A stretch of 59,646 nt of DNA from Minisyncoccota bacterium (GTDB lineage Bacteria > Patescibacteriota > Minisyncoccia > Phycocordibacterales > PALSA-1337). Under the pieces are notes generated by a model that was given only the letters and a program-made list of their open reading frames with translations, was not told the DNA's origin and made no database searches. Shown piece after piece: positions 46,522 to 55,790 of the stretch. The stretch's first letter is position 1. Each line of letters opens with the position of its first letter. The translations under genes and the position numbers were made by a program. The DNA lies in contig JAVHOW010000001.1 of NCBI GenBank assembly GCA_036170235.1, forward strand, positions 1 to 59,646, given 5' to 3'.

Positions 46522-46594
46522 GCGCCCATAGCTCAGGTGGTAGAGCAACTCCCTTTTAAGGAGTGGGTCGTTGGTTCGAATCCAACTGGGCGCA
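46522..46594 (+). tRNA. tRNA-Lys (anticodon UUU)
   Basis: Cloverleaf: acceptor GCGCCCA/TGGGCGC, D stem GCTC/GAGC, anticodon stem ACTCC/GGAGT with loop CTTTTAA, T stem GTTGG/CCAAC with TTCGAAT loop. No encoded CCA. Confidence 0.95.
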
Positions 46595-46603
46595 CAAACC
46601 AAT

Positions 46604-46972
46604 TTACAACGGCAAATCAAAAGCCAAGAATCCGGCACCGCTGAATGCTAGTGCGATCGCCATGGCAAGTAAGAGAACGTAGTAGTTGATGCCGTCAGTG
46701 AGGAATGCTTTATCGCGGATTTTGTATCCGATTTTTATAACGAGAATGACAGCATTCAAGAGCGCGGCGAGTTGGGTGAAGAGTCCGATGACGAGAAAGG
46801 CGGCGATGATTATTTCAACGGCACCATACATAACACTGTTGCTTCCAGAACTTTTTCCACGACCTTTTATTTTCTGATATCCGAAATAGGCGAGCGTGAT
46901 ACCTAGAACGACACGAATGATTAGTGGCGCTAGCTGTTCATAGGTTAAAAGGTAGGGGAATAATGAGGGCAT
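46604..46972 (-). CDS. DoxX-family membrane protein
   Basis: 122 aa, 4 TM helices, ..RVVLGITLAYFGYQK.. pattern typical of DoxX. Confidence 0.7.
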   Translation of the reverse strand: MPSLFPYLLTYEQLAPLIIRVVLGITLAYFGYQKIKGRGKSSGSNSVMYGAVEIIIAAFLVIGLFTQLAALLNAVILVIKIGYKIRDKAFLTDGINYYVLLLAMAIALAFSGAGFLAFDLPL

Positions 46973-47049
46973 ATATTTTTGATTATGTGATAATGTGGGT
47001 ATTATAGTCCAAATAATTTTTAATTACTAATCGACATAATTATCGAGAA

Positions 47050-47556
47050 ATGGCCAAAAGAATCAAATTAAAAGTGACAAATAACACGACAAACAACACA
47101 CAGCTGTTTTTGGACAATATTCGTAGTACCCACAATGTAGGCTCTATTTTCCGCACAGCCGAAACCTTGGGTATTTCGAGGATATATTGTAGTGAGACTA
47201 CACCAGCGCCAATTGATCGTTTTGGTCGCAAAAGAAAAGATATAGCAAAAGTATCTTTAGGCGCCGAGGATTTGGTTGCATGGGAACATGTTGATGATGG
47301 TACTGTTTTGGTCAAGAAACTCAAAAAAGAAGGATTTGAAATTATCGCTATTGAACAGGATTCAAAAGCAGTCGATTATAAGAAAATTCGCGCCAAAGGA
47401 AAAACTTTAATTATTCTAGGTAATGAGGTTGAGGGTGTTTCAAAAAAACTTTTGAAGCTAGTAGATTTGATTGTGGAAATTCCATTAAAAGGTAAGAAAG
47501 AGTCTTTGAATGTTTCTGTGGCTGCAGGGGTAGCACTATTTCGACTACTTGATTAA
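47050..47556 (+). CDS. SpoU/TrmH-family RNA 2'-O-methyltransferase
   Basis: ..NIRSTHNVGSIFRTAETLG.., ..LILGNEVEGVS.., ..IPLKGKKESLNVSVAAGVALF (SPOUT knot motifs). Confidence 0.85.
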   Translation: MAKRIKLKVTNNTTNNTQLFLDNIRSTHNVGSIFRTAETLGISRIYCSETTPAPIDRFGRKRKDIAKVSLGAEDLVAWEHVDDGTVLVKKLKKEGFEIIAIEQDSKAVDYKKIRAKGKTLIILGNEVEGVSKKLLKLVDLIVEIPLKGKKESLNVSVAAGVALFRLLD

Positions 47557-47644
47557 ATATAAGCTTTTCGTACTCATACTATTTAATTTCTAGCATGCCT
47601 CTACTATAGTGGCAGGGATATTTTTTGCAAGCTATACTATCATC

Positions 47645-48898
47645 ATGCGTCATTACATCGCTCTAACTATTGCAGTTACTCTTTTCACAGTTCCGTGGCT
47701 GGCTGTTAATTTTCCTGATCAGGCAGACTACATTCTTGCTGGAATGAAAAATGTTGGAAGCCAACTTGCCGCTGTAATCACGCACAATCCTAGAACGATT
47801 GCCCAACTGCAGGAAAAATACAATAACGAGAGTCCGACATCTAATAGTAAAGTACGGATAGTGATTGTTCCTGGTCATGAACCGAATTATGGTGGCGCGG
47901 AATTTGGCGATCTTAAAGAACGAGATTTGACCGTTAGTCTTGCTGATGACTTGGCTCGATTCCTTCGAGAGAATGGTAAATATGATGTTATCGTGGCGCG
48001 TACCGCGGATGCTTGGAATCCGACATTTGCGGATTATTTTAAAAATTCATGGAACAGTATTATTGATTGGCAAAAGGCGCATAAAGATGAATCATTGAGG
48101 ATACTTTCTTCTGGTCCACCACAAGCCCCACCAAAGGTTTACCACAATTCAGCGCCAAATGATGTGGCATATCGTCTTTACGGGATTACCAAATGGTCAA
48201 ATGAAAATAATGTCGATATCATCATTCACATTCATCTAAATGATTATCCCGGACATGCGTGGAAAGTTCCAGGTAAATATTCTGGATTTTCCATATATAC
48301 ACCCGAGACGCAATATGCCAATGGAACTACAACTTACGCGATATCGGAAGCGGTTTTCAAGCGTTTAAAGAAATACAATCCTGTCAGTGATTTTCCGGGC
48401 GAGTCTGATGGTATTGTTGAAGAAAGAGAGTTGATAGCAGTTGGTGCCAGTAATACAGCTGATGCCGCAAGCATGTTGCTCGAGTACGGATATTTGTATG
48501 AACCACAATTTACCAACCCAGACACACGGAAGCTTGCCCTTGAAGACCTAGCATTCCAAACATATATTGGCTTGGAAGATTTCTTCAATCCGAATGGTTC
48601 CAAATCATTAGCGGCATTATATGACACACTTGTACTACCTCACAATTGGAAGTGGGTACTCTCCGAAAATTCAAAAGCAAATGAAGATATTTATGCTTTG
48701 CAGACGGCTTTGCTTGTAGATGGTGTGTATCCGCCAACAGACAAAAGTAAAAATGATTGTCCACGTACAGGTAAAATCGGTCCGTGTACTATCAGTGCCG
48801 TCAAAGCATTTCAGAAAAAATATAACATCAATGAAAATGGAATTGGGGAGAAGACTGTCAGAAAATTAAATAATCTATACTCGATTCAGCCTATGTAG
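47645..48898 (+). CDS. N-acetylmuramoyl-L-alanine amidase (Amidase_3) with C-terminal peptidoglycan-binding domain
   Basis: N-terminal TM. IVIVPGHEPNYGGAEF..ERDLT, IIIHIHLND, ..ASMLLEYGY.. C-terminal ..LQTALLVDGVYP...GPCTISAVKAFQKKYNI (PG_binding_1-like). Start set to ATG 47645 (TATACT 47633-47638 lies 6 nt upstream). Confidence 0.85.
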   Translation: MRHYIALTIAVTLFTVPWLAVNFPDQADYILAGMKNVGSQLAAVITHNPRTIAQLQEKYNNESPTSNSKVRIVIVPGHEPNYGGAEFGDLKERDLTVSLADDLARFLRENGKYDVIVARTADAWNPTFADYFKNSWNSIIDWQKAHKDESLRILSSGPPQAPPKVYHNSAPNDVAYRLYGITKWSNENNVDIIIHIHLNDYPGHAWKVPGKYSGFSIYTPETQYANGTTTYAISEAVFKRLKKYNPVSDFPGESDGIVEERELIAVGASNTADAASMLLEYGYLYEPQFTNPDTRKLALEDLAFQTYIGLEDFFNPNGSKSLAALYDTLVLPHNWKWVLSENSKANEDIYALQTALLVDGVYPPTDKSKNDCPRTGKIGPCTISAVKAFQKKYNINENGIGEKTVRKLNNLYSIQPM

Positions 48899-48936
48899 TA
48901 AAAACATAGCAATATGTATGTTTGTCGCGAGTTTTT

Positions 48937-50229
48937 TTATTGATTTATTTTCTTTTCCAACTCTTCTCGCGCGATTCGCGCATCACTCCATGGAGTCTTG
49001 GTACCTTTTGCGCCCATGATATAAGGATCAGTTCCTTTGCCAGTAATAAGTATGGAGTCACCAGTTTTGGCCCGTTTTATCGCTTCAGCAATAGCTGCGC
49101 GACGGTCCATAATTATAGTCGGAATCTGGGATGTAATTCCTTTTGCGACATCGTCAACGATTTTCTTCGGATCTTCATCGTAAGGATCTTCATCGGTCAG
49201 AATAATCTCGTCACAATAGGTGTCGGCAATCCGTCCCATCACGGCGCGCTTGCTGGTATCACGTCCACCGCCTGTGCCACCAAGCACACAAATATTTCTT
49301 GAAGACTGGAATACTTGATACAATTTTTCTAATGAATCGGCAGTGTGAGCATAATCAACTATTACGGTAAAATCTTGGCCAGCGTCTATTTTCTGGACTC
49401 GTCCTGGTATGCCATCAAACTTTTCTATGGCGCGAATGATTTCATCTGTGGATATATTTTGACTGCGTGCCGTGGTTGCCGCGGCTAGAATATTGTAGAG
49501 GTTGAAAAGTCCAGATAAATGAGAAATAACTTTTTTTCCTTCATAAGTAAATTCCAAACCTTCTTTTTTAACGGTATATGGTTCAGCATCATGAATGCCA
49601 AAGCTCAATTTGCGGTCGGCTGTGCATTCAATAAAACGATAACTTTCTTTATCATCAGCATTGGTAATAATAGCACGGTCTTTTTTGCCGGATATCTTTA
49701 TGTTACGGCAAATGGAAAGTTTTGAATCAACATAATTTTCATATGAGCCATGTGCTTCAATGTGTTCAGGTGATAAGTTTGTGAACACGAACGCGTCAAG
49801 TTCAATGAATCGATGTCGATATAGTAGCGCGCCTTGGGAAGTCATTTCAATGATTATATACGCGCAACCATTATTCACGGCCTTACGAATAAGTTTCTGC
49901 ATAGCGAATCGTCCAGGCATGCTCATTTTGAATAAGTTTTCCGAAGAAATATCTCCAACCTTGAAACGGATCGTATTTGATAAAGCTGTTTTGTAACCAG
50001 CTTCTTCGAGAATTGCGTTCAAGATTTCAACAGTAGAACTCTTGCCTTTGGTGCCAGTAACTCCAATTACTTTGATCTTGCGAGAAGGGAAGCGATACCA
50101 GACTGCGGCCATTAACGAAATCACCCAGTGATATGCTGGCTGGTATATCCTGAATATTTTCGCAGGAATATGATCGCGGATTTTTGAGAGGATAGTTTCG
50201 AGCATGTATGGTATATGGTGTGGCGACAT
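48937..50229 (-). CDS. murE: Mur ligase family, MurE-like UDP-MurNAc-tripeptide synthetase
   Basis: P-loop VIGVTGTKGKSST, ..DYAHTADSLEKL.., C-terminal ..ILTDEDPYDEDP.. at the position of the MurE DNPR motif. Confidence 0.7.
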   Translation of the reverse strand: MSPHHIPYMLETILSKIRDHIPAKIFRIYQPAYHWVISLMAAVWYRFPSRKIKVIGVTGTKGKSSTVEILNAILEEAGYKTALSNTIRFKVGDISSENLFKMSMPGRFAMQKLIRKAVNNGCAYIIIEMTSQGALLYRHRFIELDAFVFTNLSPEHIEAHGSYENYVDSKLSICRNIKISGKKDRAIITNADDKESYRFIECTADRKLSFGIHDAEPYTVKKEGLEFTYEGKKVISHLSGLFNLYNILAAATTARSQNISTDEIIRAIEKFDGIPGRVQKIDAGQDFTVIVDYAHTADSLEKLYQVFQSSRNICVLGGTGGGRDTSKRAVMGRIADTYCDEIILTDEDPYDEDPKKIVDDVAKGITSQIPTIIMDRRAAIAEAIKRAKTGDSILITGKGTDPYIMGAKGTKTPWSDARIAREELEKKINQ

Positions 50230-50274
50230 TTTAGCGAGGTGATACTTCGCTACTTTAAAAATAACATAAATATT

Positions 50275-50850
50275 CTATCTCCCCAACCCCTTCAATGCGG
50301 CCTTAACTTTTTTGCCAGTATCTGAAATTTCTGGGTCGATTTTCTTGAGCGCCTCACGAGCTTCATCGGCATCATAGCCAAGAGCACGCAAAGCTGAGAT
50401 AGCGTCCATATCACTGGACATGTCAGCGGACATTTCGCCGCCACTTTCTATTCCACCTAATTTGTCTTTCAACTCAAGCAGAATTTTTTCCGCGGTCTTC
50501 TTGCCAATTCCTGAAACTTTCACCAAGTGCGCGGCAGAACCACTTTTGATCGAGCTAGTTAATGTATCTACAGAAACCAACGAAAGAATATTCAGAGCAC
50601 CTTTCGGACCAATACCAGAAATACTTATAAGCAGTTCAAAGAAACTTTTTTCTTTTGGTGAAGTAAAGCCGTAGAGATCAAGAGCATCTTCACGAACAGC
50701 TAGGTATGTCCATAGGGTAGTTTCGGCGCCAATCTTCATTGAATGCAAAGTGTCATCGGTGACATATACCTTATAACCTACACCATGAATATCCAGAACG
50801 ACATGTCGGTTGCCTGTTTCGATGATTGGGCCACGAAGTAGGGAGATCAT
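50275..50850 (-). CDS. ruvA: Holliday junction DNA helicase subunit RuvA
   Basis: MISLLRG.I......V.LD..GVGY.V, two HhH motifs (ISGIGPKGAL, VSGIGKKTAEKI), C-terminal domain III. Confidence 0.93.
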   Translation of the reverse strand: MISLLRGPIIETGNRHVVLDIHGVGYKVYVTDDTLHSMKIGAETTLWTYLAVREDALDLYGFTSPKEKSFFELLISISGIGPKGALNILSLVSVDTLTSSIKSGSAAHLVKVSGIGKKTAEKILLELKDKLGGIESGGEMSADMSSDMDAISALRALGYDADEAREALKKIDPEISDTGKKVKAALKGLGR

Positions 50851-50958
50851 GAATACATAATACAGTAGAATTGACCTAATTTCTAATTAACTTAATTTAT
50901 AAGAAATGACCAAATTTCTTTACTTTTTCGCCACACCATGTTAAGGTGTCTCCTACAT

Positions 50959-51222
50959 ATGCCTATTACCTCATCAGCCCACAAAGCTCTCCGCGCTTCC
51001 AACAAGAAGCGTGTATTCAATCTCCGCCGCAAATCTACTATCGAAAAGCAACTCAAAGAGTTCCGTAAACTCGTAGTTGCAAAAAACAAGGTCGCGGCTC
51101 AAAAGCTTGTCCCTACTATTTATCAGGCACTTGATAAGGCCGCAAAGACGCACTTTATCAAAGCCAATACCGCTTCACGCACCAAGTCTCGCGTGATGGC
51201 GGCTCTCAAGAAATTAGCGTAA
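50959..51222 (+). CDS. rpsT: 30S ribosomal protein S20
   Basis: MPITSSAHKALRASNKKRVFN.. typical S20. Start at Met8 of the ORF-track product. Confidence 0.9.
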   Translation: MPITSSAHKALRASNKKRVFNLRRKSTIEKQLKEFRKLVVAKNKVAAQKLVPTIYQALDKAAKTHFIKANTASRTKSRVMAALKKLA

Positions 51223-51256
51223 AATTAGACGGCAACAATCGTTGTTGCGCGTTCAA

Positions 51257-51328
51257 GCCCTCTTCGTTCAATGGATAGGACGCAAGATTGCGGATCTTGC
51301 AATGTAGGTTCGATTCCTACAGGGGGCA
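51257..51328 (+). tRNA. tRNA-Arg (anticodon GCG)
   Basis: Acceptor GCCCTCT/AGGGGGC (one G-U), D stem GTTC/GGAC, anticodon stem CAAGA/TCTTG with loop TTGCGGA, 4-nt variable loop, T stem GTAGG/CCTAC with TTCGATT loop. Confidence 0.9.
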
Positions 51329-51372
51329 CAATGAGTCATTCTCATAGTCAAGTTGAATAAAACGTCAAAGAA

Positions 51373-51381
51373 TGATATATT
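51373..51381 (+). promoter_or_regulatory. Extended -10 (TGATATATT) 6 nt upstream of the ATG at 51388
   Basis: TGnTAnnnT match at leaderless-type spacing. Confidence 0.45.
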
Positions 51382-51387
51382 TAAAAC

Positions 51388-51624
51388 ATGAAAAACATCA
51401 TTCAATTTCTTGTTTCAAATGAAGATAATACCTATACAGCCGAGGGTGTTAATATTCCTATTGTTACAGAAGGAAAGACTTTTGAAGAACTAATGACGAA
51501 TATTCTTGACGCTGTAAAACTTTTTTTCAAGGGGGAAGATTCCACATTGCTGGGTTTTGGTCCGATGCCGTCGATTCTTACAAGTTTTGAACTCCCCACA
51601 AATTTTCATGGGAGTAATGCTTAA
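51388..51624 (+). CDS. hicB: HicB-family antitoxin (N-terminal UPF0150-type domain only)
   Basis: 78 aa. ..YTAEGVNIPIVTEGKTFEELMTNILDAVKLFF.. matches the HicB partial RNase H-like fold. Overlaps hicA by 8 nt (ATGCTTAA). Confidence 0.7.
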   Translation: MKNIIQFLVSNEDNTYTAEGVNIPIVTEGKTFEELMTNILDAVKLFFKGEDSTLLGFGPMPSILTSFELPTNFHGSNA

Positions 51625-51853
51625 AACTCTATCAGGAAAAGATGTTATTAAAATCCTAAAAGGATTTGGTTTTGTAGTTCATGACCAAACAGGAAGCCAC
51701 ATCAAATTACGCCGAGTAATGTTCAATATGAATCAGACGTTAATTATTCCCAATCACAATCCCATCGCAAAGGGCACTCTCAAAGGAATACTAAATCAGG
51801 CGTCAAAATACATCACGCAATCGGATTTATTGCCACATTTTTATAGTAAATAA
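51617..51853 (+). CDS. hicA: HicA-family mRNA interferase toxin
   Basis: MLKTLSGKDVIKILKGFGFVVHDQTGSHIKLRR....TLIIPNHNPIAKGTLKGIL is the YcfA/HicA pattern. Start at Met21 of the ORF-track product. Confidence 0.8.
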   Translation: MLKTLSGKDVIKILKGFGFVVHDQTGSHIKLRRVMFNMNQTLIIPNHNPIAKGTLKGILNQASKYITQSDLLPHFYSK

Positions 51854-51936
51854 ATTTTCCGCTTCTAGTGCCCGCGACCATGAATCACCTAACCTCCAAA
51901 GATGGGCGAGCGTGGGCGAATAACGACCGTGGTTAG

Positions 51937-52206
51937 CATGACGATTTAGCGATTTCTCGTGTAAGACATTGTTTACGGATTCTTGGGGAACATGGTCACT
52001 TGTTAGATATGCCAGATTCTAAAAGCTTAGGTAAGGGTCTGTTCGAACTAAGAACTCAAGGCAAGATAAGAGTCAGAATTCTATATATATTTCATAAAAA
52101 TAGAGCATATGTGATCCATGGTTTTGTAAAAAAGGCTTGGAAGATAAGCTTAAAAGACATCAATTACGCTCGTCGAATGCAGAAAGAGATTATAGAGCTT
52201 GCATAA
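51937..52206 (+). pseudogene. RelE/ParE-superfamily toxin (HigB / phage Gp49-like), N-terminally truncated
   Basis: ..LGEHGHLLDMPDSKSLGKGLFELRTQGKIRVRILYIFHKNRAYVIHGFVKK matches Gp49/HigB-type toxins. The homologous frame is closed by a TAG at 51934 with no ATG/GTG before the TTG at 52000, so about 25-30 N-terminal residues are missing. Confidence 0.55.
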
Positions 52207-52235
52207 TATATCATATATGATATATTACTGATAAT

Positions 52236-52502
52236 ATGAAAACATTTAAACAATTTGAAGAAGAATTTTTGAAAGATCCAGCCAAAAAGAAGGCTTATGA
52301 TAGTCTTGAGGTTGAATTCAAGATCCATAGCGCGCTCGTTAGGGCTCGTATTGAAAAGAAACTTACACAAAAAGAGCTGGCAAAGAAATTAGGCATTACC
52401 CAATCAAACCTAGCACGCTTTGAATCAGGTAGAACAAATCCAACCCTTTCTTTTCTCCAGAAGATTACTTCTGGATTGGGTTTGAGAATTACAATTGTTT
52501 GA
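52236..52502 (+). CDS. XRE-family helix-turn-helix antitoxin (HigA-like)
   Basis: ..LTQKELAKKLGITQSNLARFESGRTNPTLSFLQKI.. HTH_3 motif. Follows the toxin gene by 29 nt. Confidence 0.8.
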   Translation: MKTFKQFEEEFLKDPAKKKAYDSLEVEFKIHSALVRARIEKKLTQKELAKKLGITQSNLARFESGRTNPTLSFLQKITSGLGLRITIV

Positions 52503-52515
52503 TATATAAAAAATA

Positions 52516-53820
<1,305 letters not shown>

Positions 53821-53891
53821 TTAAAATAATAATGATGCATTATATATGCCAGTTGGTATTGCACGCAATAGGGGATTTCGGAAGTGACATA

Positions 53892-54356
53892 TCAAAAACC
53901 CAAGCGCTCCAGAACGTGCTTGAGAAATGGTTCATGATGTTCGGTTTCGGCAATATAATTGAGCATAACTTCACGGACTTTTTCAGGATCTACTTCGTCA
54001 ATATATATGACGATGAATGGCATGAAGAGTTTTCTGGATTTGATGATGATCTTTGGAGGGAACTCATCATGCGGAACCCAGAATGAATCAAGCGTGAGAA
54101 AAGGGTAGAGAACATCATTTGCCAAAATCCCACGATCATTGATCTCGTAAGATACTATTTGTGGAGGATGTGACGCGTGTAACACAAGCGCAACCGCCGC
54201 GACTATTACGAATATGCCGGTAATAACATTTCCAAAAATAAAGGCGACCGCGGCTATAGCAAGCGTAATTATGCCAACAGCCCAATACCAGTCGGATTTT
54301 TTTTCGACATGGAGATGTTCTGGAGCACTCCAATAAATAAGAGCTTCTGTTGCCAT
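53892..54356 (-). CDS. Small 2-TM membrane protein, unknown function
   Basis: 154 codons. Two adjacent TM helices (WYWAVGIITLAIAAVAFIF, GIFVIVAAVALVL) plus a soluble C-terminal domain. Confidence 0.6.
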   Translation of the reverse strand: MATEALIYWSAPEHLHVEKKSDWYWAVGIITLAIAAVAFIFGNVITGIFVIVAAVALVLHASHPPQIVSYEINDRGILANDVLYPFLTLDSFWVPHDEFPPKIIIKSRKLFMPFIVIYIDEVDPEKVREVMLNYIAETEHHEPFLKHVLERLGF

Positions 54357-54461
54357 GCGTGAATTATAGCATGAGTGTTAATATACGCTTACAAATATGT
54401 GCATAATAATTTTGGCGGGGAGTGTGGGACGATGTCCGAATAGCGTTAAGTCTAGCATATA

Positions 54462-54492
54462 TACAATAAACCCCAGACCGAATTGTCTGGGG
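54462..54492 (-). terminator. Rho-independent terminator of 54527-55207
   Basis: 8-bp stem CCCCAGAC/GTCTGGGG. On the minus strand it is followed by TTTATTGT. Confidence 0.65.
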
Positions 54493-54526
54493 TGAAGTTA
54501 TACGCATATCTTCAAAGCGTTTCAAA

Positions 54527-55207
54527 CTACGACGACCGTCTTGCCGCGATCAACTGGTCCATCTGCTCAATGTGTTTTCGGGCTTCAGCAAACAACTCTG
54601 CTCGCTTGGCCTCAATCCCGAATTTGCGGTTATGCCGCATCGTTTCATCGAGCTTTCCACTCCATTTTTCAATGAAGTTACCGAGGTGGATGATGTCGTG
54701 AAGCATACGTTCCGTCTTGACACGAACGGCATCGAATTTAATTTCTGCATCGAGTATCTGCACGGCGCAGAAGACCAATTCATCGTGCGTATCCTCCTCG
54801 TTGTATTCATGGCTTCTACCACTCGGATACAACCCTTCGACGGCATCTCTGAAGCCCTCAAGTATCGGAGTACACCTTTCGGTGACCTCTTTAATCTTGA
54901 GGACATTCTTACCAACTACGAACTTGAAGTAGGCGAGGAACGGAACCATGATTGCCGCCATCACGACCAGCGAAAGATATGGACGATTGTAGTGGATGTT
55001 GATTATCAGTGAAATGATAAGAGCAACTATCCCCGCAACCAACATAACTTTCATGCAAGTCATAATGAGACCGTAGGGGTCCTTGTCGCTGACCTTCTTA
55101 TATTCCTCGTTCGTGTCGGCCAATTTCACGTTGTTCTGTTTCTCGTATCCAGTGATGAGGCTGGGGCTAACGGTCTTCAACAGGTCATCAATGTTATGAT
55201 TTTTCAT
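54527..55207 (-). CDS. 2-TM membrane protein with helical cytoplasmic domain, unknown function (G+C-rich gene)
   Basis: Longest of four overlapping ORFs. It has its own promoter (TTGACA-17-CATACT, minus strand, about 55338-55366) and terminator. Two TM helices (VMLVAGIVALIISLIINI, LSLVVMAAIMVPFLAYF). Confidence 0.6.
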   Translation of the reverse strand: MKNHNIDDLLKTVSPSLITGYEKQNNVKLADTNEEYKKVSDKDPYGLIMTCMKVMLVAGIVALIISLIINIHYNRPYLSLVVMAAIMVPFLAYFKFVVGKNVLKIKEVTERCTPILEGFRDAVEGLYPSGRSHEYNEEDTHDELVFCAVQILDAEIKFDAVRVKTERMLHDIIHLGNFIEKWSGKLDETMRHNRKFGIEAKRAELFAEARKHIEQMDQLIAARRSS

Positions 55208-55389
55208 GTCAACATCTTTCTATTTTTTGTCTTTTAGGATCATAGTCTTGCGGACATCACTGTTGGCTTGCGACCACCAGTAACACGATTTCTCGTTATG
55301 TAATCCAAAATAGTCAGACAGCTATTCTGTCATAAGTATGGCATTTTCAACACTATTTGTCAATACTTTGACGATTTCGTCAAATATGT

Positions 55390-55790
55390 GCTGTAGTATG
55401 GCTCTGTTAAGCCACCCTGTAAACCATGGTCGTTATTCGCCATCCGTGCCTACAGCACTTTCGGAAAGTGATGCGCAGGACGCTTGTAGATTAGGGCATG
55501 TCACCTCAGCCCATAACCACGGATATCATTCGCGACTAGCACGCATCGGTACTGCGTAGTGTCCCACTGTCTGTGTGTTTACAGACTGTGGGAAAACACG
55601 AGGCAGTACGGATGTGTGCGTTAAAGTCGCGTCACATACGCTATCAGGGCTGAGGTGGGCATGCCCGTCTCTCTCATACCATGCGCCCTATCAAGCGGCC
55701 GCGCATGACTTTCCTGCGATTGAAAGTGCTGTTGGGGCGGGTGGCGCCACTATCCACCATTTTGCCTTGCATTGTAATCTGGCAGGTATA
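55390..55790 (-). ncRNA. rnpB: RNase P RNA (bacterial ribozyme); ends approximate
   Basis: Minus-strand reading contains CAGGAAAGUC (55715-55706; CR-I/P4 5' strand), GAUAGGGCGCAUGG (like E. coli CAUAGGGCAGG) and ACAGGGUGGCUUA (55419-55407; CR-V/P4 3' strand), with AAGUCAU pairing to GUGGCUU. Long covarying helices: GGGCAUG-CC-CACCUCAGCCC with GGGCUGAGGUG-A-CAUGCCC; CAUGCGC/GCGCAUG; 12-bp hairpin 55562-55591. G+C-rich, no credible ORF. Confidence 0.75.
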
